This document shows positions 12,918 through 24,800 of a DNA stretch of 64,000 nucleotides, piece after piece. The notes below the pieces were generated by a model, which saw only the letters and a list, made by a program, of their open reading frames with translations, was not told the origin of the DNA and did not search any database. The position numbers were made by a program, and so were the translations under genes. The stretch is from Octopus sinensis (lineage: Eukaryota). The stretch is taken from positions 7,130,001 to 7,194,000 of the forward strand of contig NC_043014.1 of assembly GCF_006345805.1 (NCBI RefSeq), read 5' to 3'. How positions within the stretch are numbered: position 1 is the stretch's first letter; every line of letters starts with the position of its first letter.

Positions 12918-13566
12918 TAGATAGATAGATAAGATAGAAGATAGATAGATAGATAGATATAGACAGACAGACAGAGGGTCAGAGGATAGATAGAGATATA
13001 TAGATAGATAGATATGATGATGGTATAGTAAGATAGATAGAATAAGGATAGATAGATATAGATTAGATAGATAGATAGATAGATAGATAGACACGCGGCG
13101 CAATAGCCAGACAGACTGACGGACGGAACAGATTGAAAGACATCGTGAGTTGTGTGAAGGTGCGTGGCTTAGTGGTAGGGCATTCGGTTCACGATAGAAA
13201 AGCGCCCGTATGTTCGATTCCTAGCAACGTGTTTTGTCCTTAGGCAAGACACTTTATTTCTTGTTGCCCAAGTCTACTCATTCGGCAAATATATCCAGAG
13301 AGAAGTTGGAGTAGAGAGAGAATGGGGGAAGAGAGAGGGAGAGGGAGGGAGAGATGATATATGATAGAAAGAGAGACAGACAGACTGAGCGGCGACAAAC
13401 AGAAAGACAAGACAGATAAATAGACAGACTGATAGATAGATAATAATATATAGATAGATAGATAGATAGATAGATAGGTAGTAGATAGATAGATAGATAT
13501 ATGATAGATAGATAGATAGGTAGGATAGTTAGGTAGGTAGGTAGATAGATAGATAGATAGATAGAT

Positions 13567-13621
<55 letters not shown>

Positions 13622-13979
13622 TAGATAGATAGATAGAGTAGATAGATAGACGAACGGCCAATAGACAGACAGAGACGGACGGACAGATTGAAAGACATCG
13701 TGAGGTTGTGAAGGTGCGTGGCTTAGTGGTTAGGGCATTCGGTTCACGATAGAAAGCCCGTATGTTCGATTCCTAGCAACGTGTTATGTCCTTAAGCAAG
13801 ACACTTTATTTCTTGTTGCCCAAGTCTACTCATTCGGCAAATATATACAGAGAGAAGTGGGGAGGGAGAGAATGGGGGAGAGAGAGGGAGAGGGAGGGAG
13901 AGATGAATAGTGATAGAAAGAGAGACAGACAGACTGACGGACGGACAAACAGAAAGACAGACAGATAAATAGACAGACT

Positions 13980-14032
<53 letters not shown>

Positions 14033-14043
14033 GTAGGTAGATA

Positions 14044-14075
<32 letters not shown>

Positions 14076-14096
14076 GTAGGTAGGTAGGTAGGTAGG

Positions 14097-14140
<44 letters not shown>
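12870..14140. repeat. About 555 bp tandem duplication (tRNA-like SINE fragment within GATA/GA tracts)
   Basis: CAGATTGAAAGACATCGTGAG and the following 200 bp occur at about 13129 and 13684. Confidence 0.85.
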
Positions 14141-14142
<2 letters not shown>

Positions 14143-17100
14143 TGTTTCTTTATTAGCCACACAGGGCTGCACACAGATAGAACAAATTACAAGGTAGAGC
14201 TTTTCTTTTGAAGGTTTAAAAAATAAAAAAATAAAAAAATAAAAAAATAAAATAAAAATAAAATAAAAAAGGGGGGGTCGATCAAAAGGGATCGTAAAAG
14301 GAGAGAAAGAGGACAAAAAAAAGGGGGGGTTAAAAAAAAGGGGGGAGAGGAAAAAATTGATCAATGGATCGTTATCACAGAAATGTCAATATGAAGTGTA
14401 AAGGGGAGGACAGGTGAGGTTTACCCGTGGAAAGAAAAGCTACGGAAAAGACCACGGTAACCTCGGTCAATGAAGTCACATGTTATATTTCTTTTTTTTT
14501 TTTTTTTTTTGCAAATAAGCAACTCTCTGTATTAATTTTTACGGTTCATAGAATCATAGTCAAGGTGGCTTCGTCATTCATACGTGCCATCCTTGCTACA
14601 TTCACCCATCTTTTTTTAAAACATTCACTAGACAAAACTTGCCTCTCTACTCTCACTTTCCTCTTCAAGTGATACTTGAAGAAGTTGATGAGAGATTGAC
14701 CAGAGAGGAAAGTGTTTGTTTCTCTAATCCTTTCAGACGCGTCCACCAGATACATTCTTTCGCCATAGCCACAAGTATGATAAAAATAGCTCTTCCTTCC
14801 CGTTTGAAGGAAGGAGGCGTGACGATATTAACGATAGACTCGGCTTATAAACCGACACGTCCCACACGTGACAGCAGTCGTTCGACATAAGCCCACAGGG
14901 GGAAATTGCTGGACACTGCACGATTGCGTGCAGAGCGGTTTCGTCGCTCTGCCCGCATCTCGGGCAGGTCGGCCCGTGTTTCTCGAGCCATGCCTATAGA
15001 GCTTATCCCGAACGGGTAGCGCTTCTCGGTAGCACCGCCAGGCCAGGGATGTCTGGAAGTTGTCCATAGGTCCCGGGCCGAAAGTCGTTTGAAACAGGCG
15101 GGTCAGGTATTCCTCGTCGACGCCCAGGTTTGCCCCGAGCTCGTCGTCGTACCTCCCCTCCACTAATCCCCAATAGAATGCTTTGGTTGTGTTGAAGTCA
15201 CTCAAGGTCGACCCGGGACGGCAGAGTTGCTTGAGAGCAACGCGACACTCGCGGTGCCAATCGCCCTTCTTCGGCCTCTTTTTGATCCACGACTGTAGTT
15301 CGGTCATGGAGACGAGTTGCGGGAATGCGTGCCTCACAAACAGCGACCACACCTGTTCACCGTCGTCTACATAGAGCCGGAGATGTCGCAGTCTCAGCGC
15401 GTGTCTGCGCATCATCAACCACGGCATGCCCAGCCCTCCTTTTAACGGGTGTTGACAGCAAATGGATCGCCTGACCATCGGGACGCATCCTTTCCACAAG
15501 AAGCGGAAGAGGATGCGTTCTAGTTTGGTGATGGTAGGGTCGGGACAAGGTACGACGGTCAGGCGGTAGTAGATGATGGACGCGATGTACGCGTTCACCA
15601 CCTCCGCTCGACCTTTTAGGGACAGTTTCCTCTCGGCCCATTGCTGGGCGAGAGTGACCACCCTACTCGTTATCTCGTTCCAGTTCTTCTCCATTTGGAG
15701 GTCCGGACCAAACCAGACCCCGAGCAACTCAACCGGGCCGTCTGTCCAGCGTCCCACGACGGAGGTACTGGTGGACGGCATGGGCTTGCTTCTCCAGGTG
15801 CCGAGCCGCAAGCCCACTGACTTTTCCCGGTTGATTTTTGCTCCTGTCACCGCTTCGTAGTCTTTCAGTGTCTCGCCGACCCGCTCGATGTGCTCGTGGC
15901 TTGACACTATGACGGTGATGTCGTCCGCGTATGCAGACACGCTCGTCCCGCATCCTAATTCTCGCGGGATGCCCCTCAGAGTCGCCAGCTTCCGCAGTAG
16001 TGGCTCAAGAGTCAATACGTATAGAAGCGCCGAGAGGGGGCATCCCTGACGGACCGAACGTGCAATGTCGAAGGGTCTCGATAGATGTCCATTTACGCGA
16101 ATTACCGAACGGATGCCTCTGTACAAGGCAGCTATCCAGCCGCGGAAGACGGGACCGAAACCAGCCGCTCTCAGGACTGCCTCCAAGTATCGATGGTCTA
16201 CCCTATCAAAGGCTTTCGATTGATCCAAGTTGATCAGGGCCCCACCCATGCCAGGTTCGTTAACTACCCGTCTATGATGTAGCGCATCAGATGGAGGTTG
16301 TCATGGATGCTCCGGCCCGGCACGGCGCACGTTTGTGCGTTGTCGACCAGTTTCTCCATGACAAGCGCCAACCTCTTGGCTAACACCTTTGTCAAAATTT
16401 TCAGGTCTGCATTGAGCAGAGTGATTGGCCTAAAGTTATCTATAATGTTTCCCTTGTTTGGATCTTTCTTCAGCAGAGTTACTGCTCCTCGACTCAAAAC
16501 CGGGTATGCTCCCGTTTTGCTGCCAGTTGCAGTATACCGCTGCCAAGACGTCTCCAAACAAGTCTGGCATACAATAGTAAAATTCGTAGGGTAGACCATC
16601 CAAACCCGGTGATTTGTCCCTCGAGCATTCTGCCATCGCTTCCCGCACTTCCGCCGCCGTGATGGCACCTTCGCAGCACCCTGCCTTTCTTGTCGAGAGT
16701 CGTGGCAGGCTATGTAGGTAGGCACTGAAGTCTACCCTACGTTCTTGCCCTCCACTCGTCCCGAACAGTCGGGCAAAATGCTGCTGAAAGGCCTCACACA
16801 TTTTACTTGGCTCGAGCAATTAGCGCCCCTGTTCATCTACCAGTGACCGAATGGTGGCTTTGTTGCCCTGTTGCGCCTCTGCCACCCGGGCCTCTCTCGC
16901 GGCTCCAACACCTTCGTTCCTTAGAGCACGCATCCTAGCTCTGACAGCACATCCTTCGTGTTTGGCGTTGAAGTGTTGGTCGAGGGCCAACCTCGCCGCC
17001 AAAACGTCGGATGCGATGCCGCTTCTAATTGCCTCTTCTAGCTTCTTAACTAGCTCACCCTCTACTCTATTCTATCTATGGCTAGTGCTTTGCTGTACCT

Positions 17101-20100
17101 AATCGCTTCTGCTTTTACTGCTCTCTTGAGGGCAAACAACCATTTGTTGTTGATGATGGCTCCCGTCAAAGCCCTCTTTACTAGTGTGCTAATCCGGTCT
17201 CTGAAAACTTGTCTGGACGGGAATGATGCGTTCAGTTTCCAGTACCCAGGACCCTGTCTATGTACCTTATCTAAGTCTAACGTACACGTCACCAATTTGT
17301 GATCCGTGTAGCTGACTGTGTGGAATTGTGGACATCCTAAGTTATCCTTGTCTACTGTCCTACACAGTATCCTATCTAGATACGATCTCGACGACCCACT
17401 GCGGTTGCTCCATGTCCACGTTGGTGCATTGGGTGGTCGAGTCGGTACCTGTCAGACAGTGGAATCGTCTGAGCAGGTCTCTGAGGCATTTGCATCCCCT
17501 TCTGTTTCTGTCTCTACCACGTAGTCTACATGCGTGTCCAAGGTAGCATTCCAATCCCCCACTAAGAGTAAAGGACGAGACGTCCCAAGAATACTTCTAG
17601 ACGTCGAAAGAATCCGCCCGACCTGTTAAGGGCGGTGTGTAGAATGATACGAGTCGAAAAGCGCACCCATTGCTGCCGTCAACATCCAGAACGATCAGTC
17701 TCCCTCCGGGTCTACGAATATCGTCTTGACTTCGAGATCCAGGCTCTTGTGAAAAAGTACCGCGGTGCCACTACCGCCCATCCTCGGCAGACAGGGAGCG
17801 AAATAAATGTTAAACTGTCCGCCAAACATGGACTTTAGGGCCCGTGGCTCGTGGAGTCTGGTCTCACTTATGGCTACGATTCCCAGATCATGTGACTTGA
17901 TGTCATTTAGGAGGTATCCTTGTTTCCAAGGAGACCCCAAGCCACGCGCATTCACACAACCAATCTTGACCATGATTATTGGGGTGTGTGCTTTAAAACA
18001 CACAATGAAAGTACAGAGAGTTACTTACTTGTGTCGAAAGTTTTGGCTTCCTCGTTCTTTGATGTGTCTTCGAGGAGGTTTCTATATAGTTTTTGGGACA
18101 GATATTTCTGGAAACCCCCTACAGCATTTGGGAAGAGGGCTTTGAGTTTGTGGTGTGTTTTGTGTTGTGTGATGTGTAGTATTTTGATGTGTTTGGGTGG
18201 TGTAGTGCGTGGATGATTGCTATTTTTAAAGTCATCTTCACAATGTTTGTGTATCCTGTGATGTACTCCATTAGTTTGGAGTCTTTGTGTCTATCGCTGA
18301 TAGCATTGTTTTGTGGTGTTGGTGCTTGTTTTGTTGTGTATGGAGTTTTCAGGGTTCAGGTATCTCCCTGCTTGGTTGCGATTTCTTGTTTTGGTTTTTC
18401 TTGATCTTTTTCTTTTACCCCCTGTGGCTATTTGCCATTCTGTCGAACTTTCATCGTTAGATGAAAAGTCTGACGAATCAGCAGGGGGCAAGGGTTTAAA
18501 GCGTCTGGGTGTGTTTGTGCGGTTGCAGATATTGTTGTGGTGCGCGGGGGGGAGGGTTTGCTGGGGGGTTTGTTTGTGGTTATTGTCTCTCCTACATCCT
18601 TGGTGCTTGTCTTCTTCGTTGTTATTCTTGGTGTTGGAATTGGTTTATTTGTTGTTGGTGGTGATGATTCTGTTCTTGGCGCTGGTGTTGGTGTTGTTTG
18701 GTTGGGTTGGCTTGTTCTTTGTTGTTTTTCCTGCATTTCCGCATACAGCTTCTTGACTAGCTGTCCATATTGTGGTGTGGGCAATAATCCTGTCTTTTGT
18801 GATTTTTCCTGTGGCTGTTGTTGTTGTTGTAATTTTGCGGCAGATTTGCACTCCTTTTTGAGGTGTGCCTCACTGCCACATGTATAGCATCGTGGCCTTC
18901 TGCCCTCGACTACTACGTATAACTTGCGGCCATCCTCAAGATGTACGTGGGTGGGGGTTTTATTATGTCCTCTTGACTTATGTGGAAGAGAGGAACTCTA
19001 TTCTCTTTCCCAGCCAGTCCTTGTTTTCCGAAACACCGATATCTAGGATGTTTATGTCCTCCATTTCGGATGTTAAGGCGGATGTAATCCACAGTGTTGT
19101 AGTCACTTGGGGGACACCACTGATAATGACTTTCGTCACCTTCTGGCCGAGGTAACTCGGTGTCAACGTTAGTTCATCAGAATGAAGGGTTATCGTTGAG
19201 AATTTCTTCGCCAACTCTTCATTCTGAAAAACCACCTGTACGTGTGCGAACTTGTTCGCCCAAGTCACAATCCTTGTATCCCCAGATGGGGCGTAAGCAC
19301 TTTTCGACTTTGTCTGTGCTTGCCTTTTCTGGACTTTTTGTTTTTTATTTGTGATTTTATATACAATTGTCTTTTTTTTCTCCTCATTCAGTATGTGCTG
19401 AGGTATGTGTAAGAGTATTTTTCCGTTTTGATTTGTAATAAGGTTTCTGCAATCTTTAATCTGTTGTGTAGTAAACGAAACTTTTGTTACCTTTTTTTAT
19501 CGCCTCGGCGAAGTTTGTTGTTGTTTTGTTATTGTTGTTACTGCCGGTGGTGTTGGTGTTGATGGCAGGGGTGTGGGTTGTAGGTTTGTGGTTGCTGATT
19601 ATGCAACTAGCAAGGGGTGGAAAATTGCCTGCGTAATTTAGTCCTGCATTAGCGCAAATTTCGGCATTTCGTTTGCTTGTCGTTCTTTTTTATTTTTTCA
19701 CTTGTTGGTGATGGAGTGAGCAGTGGTTGAAAGGAATTGTTTGTTGTCGTCGTCGTCGTTGTTGTTGTGTTGTTGTTGTTGTTGTTTTGTCGTTCTTGGT
19801 GACGGCGGTGGGTGTTAGTAGTATTAGTAGCATTGACGGCACGGTCTTTGGTGGCGGTGATGGTGATGTTGGTATTGTTATTGGTGGCGACGTCTTTAGT
19901 AGGGATAGCAGTTTTAGTAGCAGATTCTGCCATGGTGTTGCTGTCGGTGTTGGTGGTGGTGGTGTGGACTCACTGATGGTGTTGACGGTGCTTGGCCTTG
20001 CGACCTTGTTTTGTATTTGTGTGCTGTGTCGATGTTGATGGTGGCGGAGTTGTCAGGTTCAGCGCGTAAGGTAACAGAGCATCCTGTTTTTCTGCCTCTG

Positions 20101-20368
20101 CGTCACGCTTGACTTGCACCTCAGCCTCGTGGTGACCAGTGGCCATTTTGGAAATAAAATGGCTAAATGAAACCACGAAGGCTATGAGAATTTTTTCTTT
20201 TTAAATTTTGCCCACAAGGGGCAAAATTTTGTGTAGATATTAATCAAGGGTTGCAGGTGGATGTTGTTGCACAACTTTTAAACACAAAATATTTCACAAT
20301 AAACAATTTTCAACGTACAAAATGACCAACTTACGTGGAGCCCATTTGACTAGCGTCCGTCCATGTCG
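14141..20368 (-). mobile_element. Tx1/L1-type LINE copy C, about 6.2 kb, full-length layout with frameshifts
   Basis: ORF1 from ATG 20146 with knuckle CYTCGSEAHLKKEC. ORF2 from about 17971 (CVNARGL, GDWNATL, SYTDH, GPGYWKLN, SPGLDGLP, NFRPITLLNADLKIL, YADD). Both ends abut (GATA)n. Confidence 0.92.
14828..16249 (-). CDS. Reverse transcriptase segment of Tx1 copy C ORF2 (473 aa open)
   Basis: DQSKAFDRVDH, VRQGCPLSALLY, AYADDIT, LLGVWF, KGGLGMP. Confidence 0.92.
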   Translation of the reverse strand: MGGALINLDQSKAFDRVDHRYLEAVLRAAGFGPVFRGWIAALYRGIRSVIRVNGHLSRPFDIARSVRQGCPLSALLYVLTLEPLLRKLATLRGIPRELGCGTSVSAYADDITVIVSSHEHIERVGETLKDYEAVTGAKINREKSVGLRLGTWRSKPMPSTSTSVVGRWTDGPVELLGVWFGPDLQMEKNWNEITSRVVTLAQQWAERKLSLKGRAEVVNAYIASIIYYRLTVVPCPDPTITKLERILFRFLWKGCVPMVRRSICCQHPLKGGLGMPWLMMRRHALRLRHLRLYVDDGEQVWSLFVRHAFPQLVSMTELQSWIKKRPKKGDWHRECRVALKQLCRPGSTLSDFNTTKAFYWGLVEGRYDDELGANLGVDEEYLTRLFQTTFGPGPMDNFQTSLAWRCYREALPVRDKLYRHGSRNTGRPARDAGRATKPLCTQSCSVQQFPPVGLCRTTAVTCGTCRFISRVYR

Positions 20369-20370
20369 AG

Positions 20371-20413
20371 AGAGATAGATAGATAGATAGATAGATAGAT
20401 AGTAGATAGATAG

Positions 20414-20454
<41 letters not shown>

Positions 20455-20530
20455 CATAGATACATAGATAGATATAGAAAAAGATAGACAGGTACATAGA
20501 TATGCATCTGTATGTGTGTGTGCGTGTGTG
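20371..20530. repeat. (GATA)n then TA/TG microsatellite at the 5' end of Tx1 copy C
   Basis: Direct reading. Confidence 0.9.
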
Positions 20531-20604
20531 TATTTGTTGGATAACTATCCGGAGAAAAAATATTCCCTATCAACGAAATCTGCAGTATTTCATGAACAAC
20601 TGAT

Positions 20605-20740
20605 GAAATTTTTCAGAAAACTTTTCAAAAATTTTGATCAAAATTTCAAAAAAGTTTTTAAAAATTTTGATCAAAATTTCCAAAAAGTTTTTTAAAATTT
20701 TGATGAAAATTTTCAAAAAACTTTTATAAAGTTTTGATGA
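20605..20740. repeat. AT-rich minisatellite, unit about 31 bp, built on palindromic AAAATTTTGATCAAAATTT
   Basis: About four degenerate units by direct reading. Confidence 0.7.
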
Positions 20741-20742
20741 AG

Positions 20743-20968
20743 AGCTAGTTGAAACGTTAGCACGCCGGGCGAAATGCTTAGTGGTATTTCGTCTGCGGTT
20801 ACGTTCTGTGTTCAAATTCCGCTGAGGTCGACTTTGCCTTTCATCATTTCGGGGTCGATAAATTAAGTACCAGTGAAACACTGGGCTTGATATAACCGAC
20901 TTAATCCGCTTGTCTGTCCTTGTTTGTCCTCTGTGTGTTTAGCCCCTTGTGGGTAGTAAAGAAATAGA
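20743..20968 (+). mobile_element. SINE family S1
   Basis: Same head, body and tail as the copy at 4459. Confidence 0.85.
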
Positions 20969-21214
20969 TAGATTTTAAAGCAATCTTACATGGACCCCCA
21001 ACTGTCAAATTAACTACTGTTGGGAACCACTGATTTGGGCACTTGTAAATCCAATATTAAAATTGACTTCGATATGAATCGAATCTTCGTTATATCCAGA
21101 GGCAATATGTCTGAAAATAAAAAGAATAAAAAAATTGAAAAAAACAAAGAACGGAGGAGAAATGACTGCAAAAAAAGAATTGTTTGGATTGGGCAGACGT
21201 CGGAGGTAAACACA

Positions 21215-21735
21215 GCCACCACCAGCAAAACCGTGACCGCCACCACAACCATTACCAGCACCAACACTACTACCACCACTACCATGACCACCACCACAAC
21301 TACAACCATTGCCACCACCACCACCATTACTATCTCAAACAACAACACCACCACCACCAACATCAACAACACCACCACCACCAACATCAACAACAAAAGC
21401 CTTCATTGTATTGCCGAAGGTAAAAGAGAAGACATGTCAGCAATATCAAAGTCCCCCACCTCACCCCCCGACCCCCAGCACCAGAGATTGAGGTTTACGA
21501 AAGATCCTGTATTAAAATCTAAGTGGAAACCCTTCTTCCCGACATGTTGCTGCTATTTCAAAATGCCTCGGCCAGACTCACGCAAACGACGCCGGGTTCC
21601 TAATTCTGGAGAGAATCGGTCGTATTTAATGTATTTTGTTGTTATTGATGTTGTTGTTGTTGCTGATGTTATTGTTGTTGTTGTTGTTGTTGTTGCTATT
21701 GTTGTTGTTATTGTTGTTGTTAATGTGGTTGTTGT
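21215..21735. repeat. (ACC/AAC)n tract at about 21215-21395 and (GTT)n tract at about 21635-21735
   Basis: Direct reading. The two tracts are in opposite orientation. Confidence 0.85.
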
Positions 21736-21844
21736 CCAGCCCTCACGAAAGCCTAATCGAACAGATCTATGATCGAAGACATCCAGTCGTGACCAACCAA
21801 TCTTTAATTCAGTGACGTTTATATAAAAATAACAGCCGAAACAA

Positions 21845-24800
21845 TTGTTGGCTGGTTGGCTGGTTTATCGGTTGGTGGTGGATCGGTTGGTCATGACTGG
21901 TTTCTCGGTTGGTTGGCTGGTTTGTCGGATGGTCGTCGATCGGCAGGTTGGCTGGTGTCGGTTGGTGCTGGTTGGCTGGTTGGTCGGTGGGTCGCCTGGT
22001 TGGATGGTTTGTCGGTGGTTGTGGATCGGCAGGTTGGCTGGTTTGTCGGTTGGTTGCTGGTTGGCTGGTTTGCGGTGGTCGTGGGTCGCCTGGTTGGCTG
22101 GTTTGTCGGTGGATGGTTGTGGATCGGCTGGTCATGACTGGTTTCTCGGTTGATTGGTGGTTGGTGGTTGGTCGGTGGGTCGCTGGTTGGCTGGTTTGTC
22201 GGATGGTCGTCGATCGGCTGGTTGGCTGGTTTGTCGGTTGGTTGCTGGTTGGCTGGTTGGTCGGTGGGTCGCCTGGTTGGCTGGTTTGTCGGATGGTTGT
22301 GGATCGGTTGGTCATGACTGGTTTCTCGGGTTGGTTGCTGGTTGTCTGGTTGGTCGGTGGGTCGCCTGGTTGGCTGGTTTGTCGGATGGTCGTCGATCGG
22401 CAGGTTGGCTGGTTGGTCGGTTGGTTGCTGGTTGGCTGGTTGGTCGGTGGGTCGCCTGGTTGGCTGGTTTGTCGGATGGTTGTGGATCGGTTGGTCATGA
22501 CTGGTTTCTCGGTTGGTTGCTGGTTGGCTGGTTGGTCGGTGGGTCGCCTGGTTGGCTGGTTTGTCGGATGGTCGTCGATCGGCAGGTTGGCTGGTTTGTC
22601 GGTTGGTTACTGGTTGGCTGGTTTGTCGGTTGGTTGCTGGTTGGCTGGTTGGTCGGTGGGTCGCCTGGTTGGCTGGTTTGTCGGATGGTTACTGGTTGGC
22701 TGGTTTGTCGGATGGTTGTGGATCGGTTGGTCATGACTGGTTTCTCGGTTGATTGCTGGTTGGCTGGTTGGTCGGTGGGTCGCCTGGTTGGCTGGTTTGT
22801 CGGATGGTCGTCGATCGGCAGGTTGGCTGGTTTGTCGGTTGGTTACTGGTTGGCTGGTTGGTCGGTTGGTTGCTGGTTGGCTGGTTGGTCGGTGGGTCGC
22901 CTGGTTGGCTGGTTTGTCGGATGGTTGTGGATCGGTTGGTCATGACTGGTTTGTCGGTTGGTTGCTGGTTGGCTGGTTGGTCGGTGGGTCGCCTGGTTGG
23001 CTGGTTTGTCGGATGGTCGTCGATCGGCAGGTTGGCTGGTTTGTCGGTTGGTTACTGGTTGGCTGGTTTGTCGTTGGTTTGGTTGCTGTTTGGTCGGTGG
23101 GTCGCCTGGTTGGCTGGTTTGTCGGATGGTTGTGGATCGGTTGGTCATGACTGGTTTCTCGGTTGATTGATGGTTGGTGGTTGGTCGGGGTCGCTGGGTG
23201 GCTGGTTGGCTGGTTTCTCGGATGGTCGTCGATCGGCAGGTGGCTGGTTTGTCGGTTGGTTGCTGGTTGGCTGGTTGGTCGGTGGGTCGCCTGGTTGGCT
23301 GGTTTGTCGGATGGTCGTCGATCGGCTGGTTGGCTGGTTTGTCGGTTGGTTACTGGTTGGCTGGTTGGTCGGTGGGTCGCCTGGTTGGCTGGTTTGTCGG
23401 ATGGTTGTGGATCGGTTGGTCATGACTGGTTTCTCGGTTGGTTGCTGGTTGGCTGGTTGGTCGGTGGGTCGCCTGGTTGGCTGGTTTGTCGGATGGTCGT
23501 CGATCGGCAGGTTGGCTGGTTGTCGGTTGGTTGCTGGTTGGCTGGTTGGTCGGTGGGTCGCCTGGTTGGATGGTTTGTCGGATGGTTGTGGATCGGTTGG
23601 TCATGACTAGTTTCTCAGTTGGTTGCTGGTTGGCTGGTTGGTCGGTGGGTCGCCTGGTTGGCTGGTTTGTCGGATGGTTGTCGATCGGCTAGTTGGCTGG
23701 TTTGTCGGTTGGTTACTGGTTGGCTGGTTGGTCGGTTGGTCGCCTAGTTGCTTGTTTGTCGGATGGTTTTCGATCGGCTGGTTGTTCGGTTGGTCGCCTG
23801 GTTGGCTGGTTTGTCGGATGGTTGTGGATCGGTTGGTCGTGACTGGTTTCTCGGCTGGTTGCTGGTTGTCTGGTTGGTCGGTGTGTCGCCTGGTTGTCTG
23901 GTTTGTCGGATGGTCGTCTATCGGCTGGTTGGCTGGTTTGTCGGTTGCTTACTGGTTGGCTGGTTGGTCGGTTAGTTGCTGGTTGGCTGGTTGGTCGGTG
24001 GGTCGCTTGGTTGGATGGTTTGTCGGATGGTTGTGGATCGGTTGCTCATGACTGGTTTCTCGGTGGGTTGCTGGTTGGCTGGTTGGTCGGTGGGTCGCCT
24101 GGTTGGCTGGTTTGTCGGATGTTCGTCGAACGGCTGGTTGGCTGGTTTGTCGGTTAGTTACTGGTTGGCTGGTTCGTCGGTGGGTCGCCTGGTTGGCTTG
24201 TTTGTCGGATGGTCCTCGATCGGCTGGTTGGCTGGTTTGTCGGTTGGTTACTGGTTGGCTGGTTTGACGGTTGGTTGCTGGTTGGCTGGTTGGTCAGTGG
24301 TATGTGCCTGGTTGGCTGGTTTGTCGGATGGTCGTCGATCGGCTGGTTGGCTGGTTTGTCGGTTGGTTACTGGTTGGCTGGTTGGGCGGTGGGTCGCCTG
24401 GTTGGCTGGTTTGTTGGATGGTTGTGGATCGGTTGTTCATGACTGGTTTCTCGGTTGGTTGTTGGTTGGCTGGTTCGTCGGTGGGTCGCCTGGTTGGCTT
24501 GTTTGTCGGATGGTCCTCGATCGGCTGGTTGGCTGGTTTGTCGGTTGGTTACTGGTTGGCTGGTTTGACGGTTGGTTGCTGGTTGGCTGGTTGGTCAGTG
24601 TGTCGCCTGGTTGGCTGGTTTGTCGGATGGTCGTCGATCGGCTGGTTGGCTGGTTTGTCGGTTGGTTACTGGTTGGCTGGTTGGGCGGTGGGTCGCCTGG
24701 TTGGCTGGTTTGTTGGATGGTTGTGGATCGGTTGTTCATGACTGGTTTCTCGGTTGGTTGTTGGTTGGCTGGTTGGTCGGTGGGTCGCCTGGTTGACTGG

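Noticed and set aside
20590-20760. CTGATGA..GAAA and TTGATGAAGAGC..GAAACGT hammerhead-like strings
   Set aside because: The first has no helix I, II or III. The second comes from the junction of an AT minisatellite with a SINE head.
21020-21772. 250 aa Thr-rich ORF resembling a mucin
   Set aside because: Built on ACC/AAC and GTT tracts with no recognisable domain.
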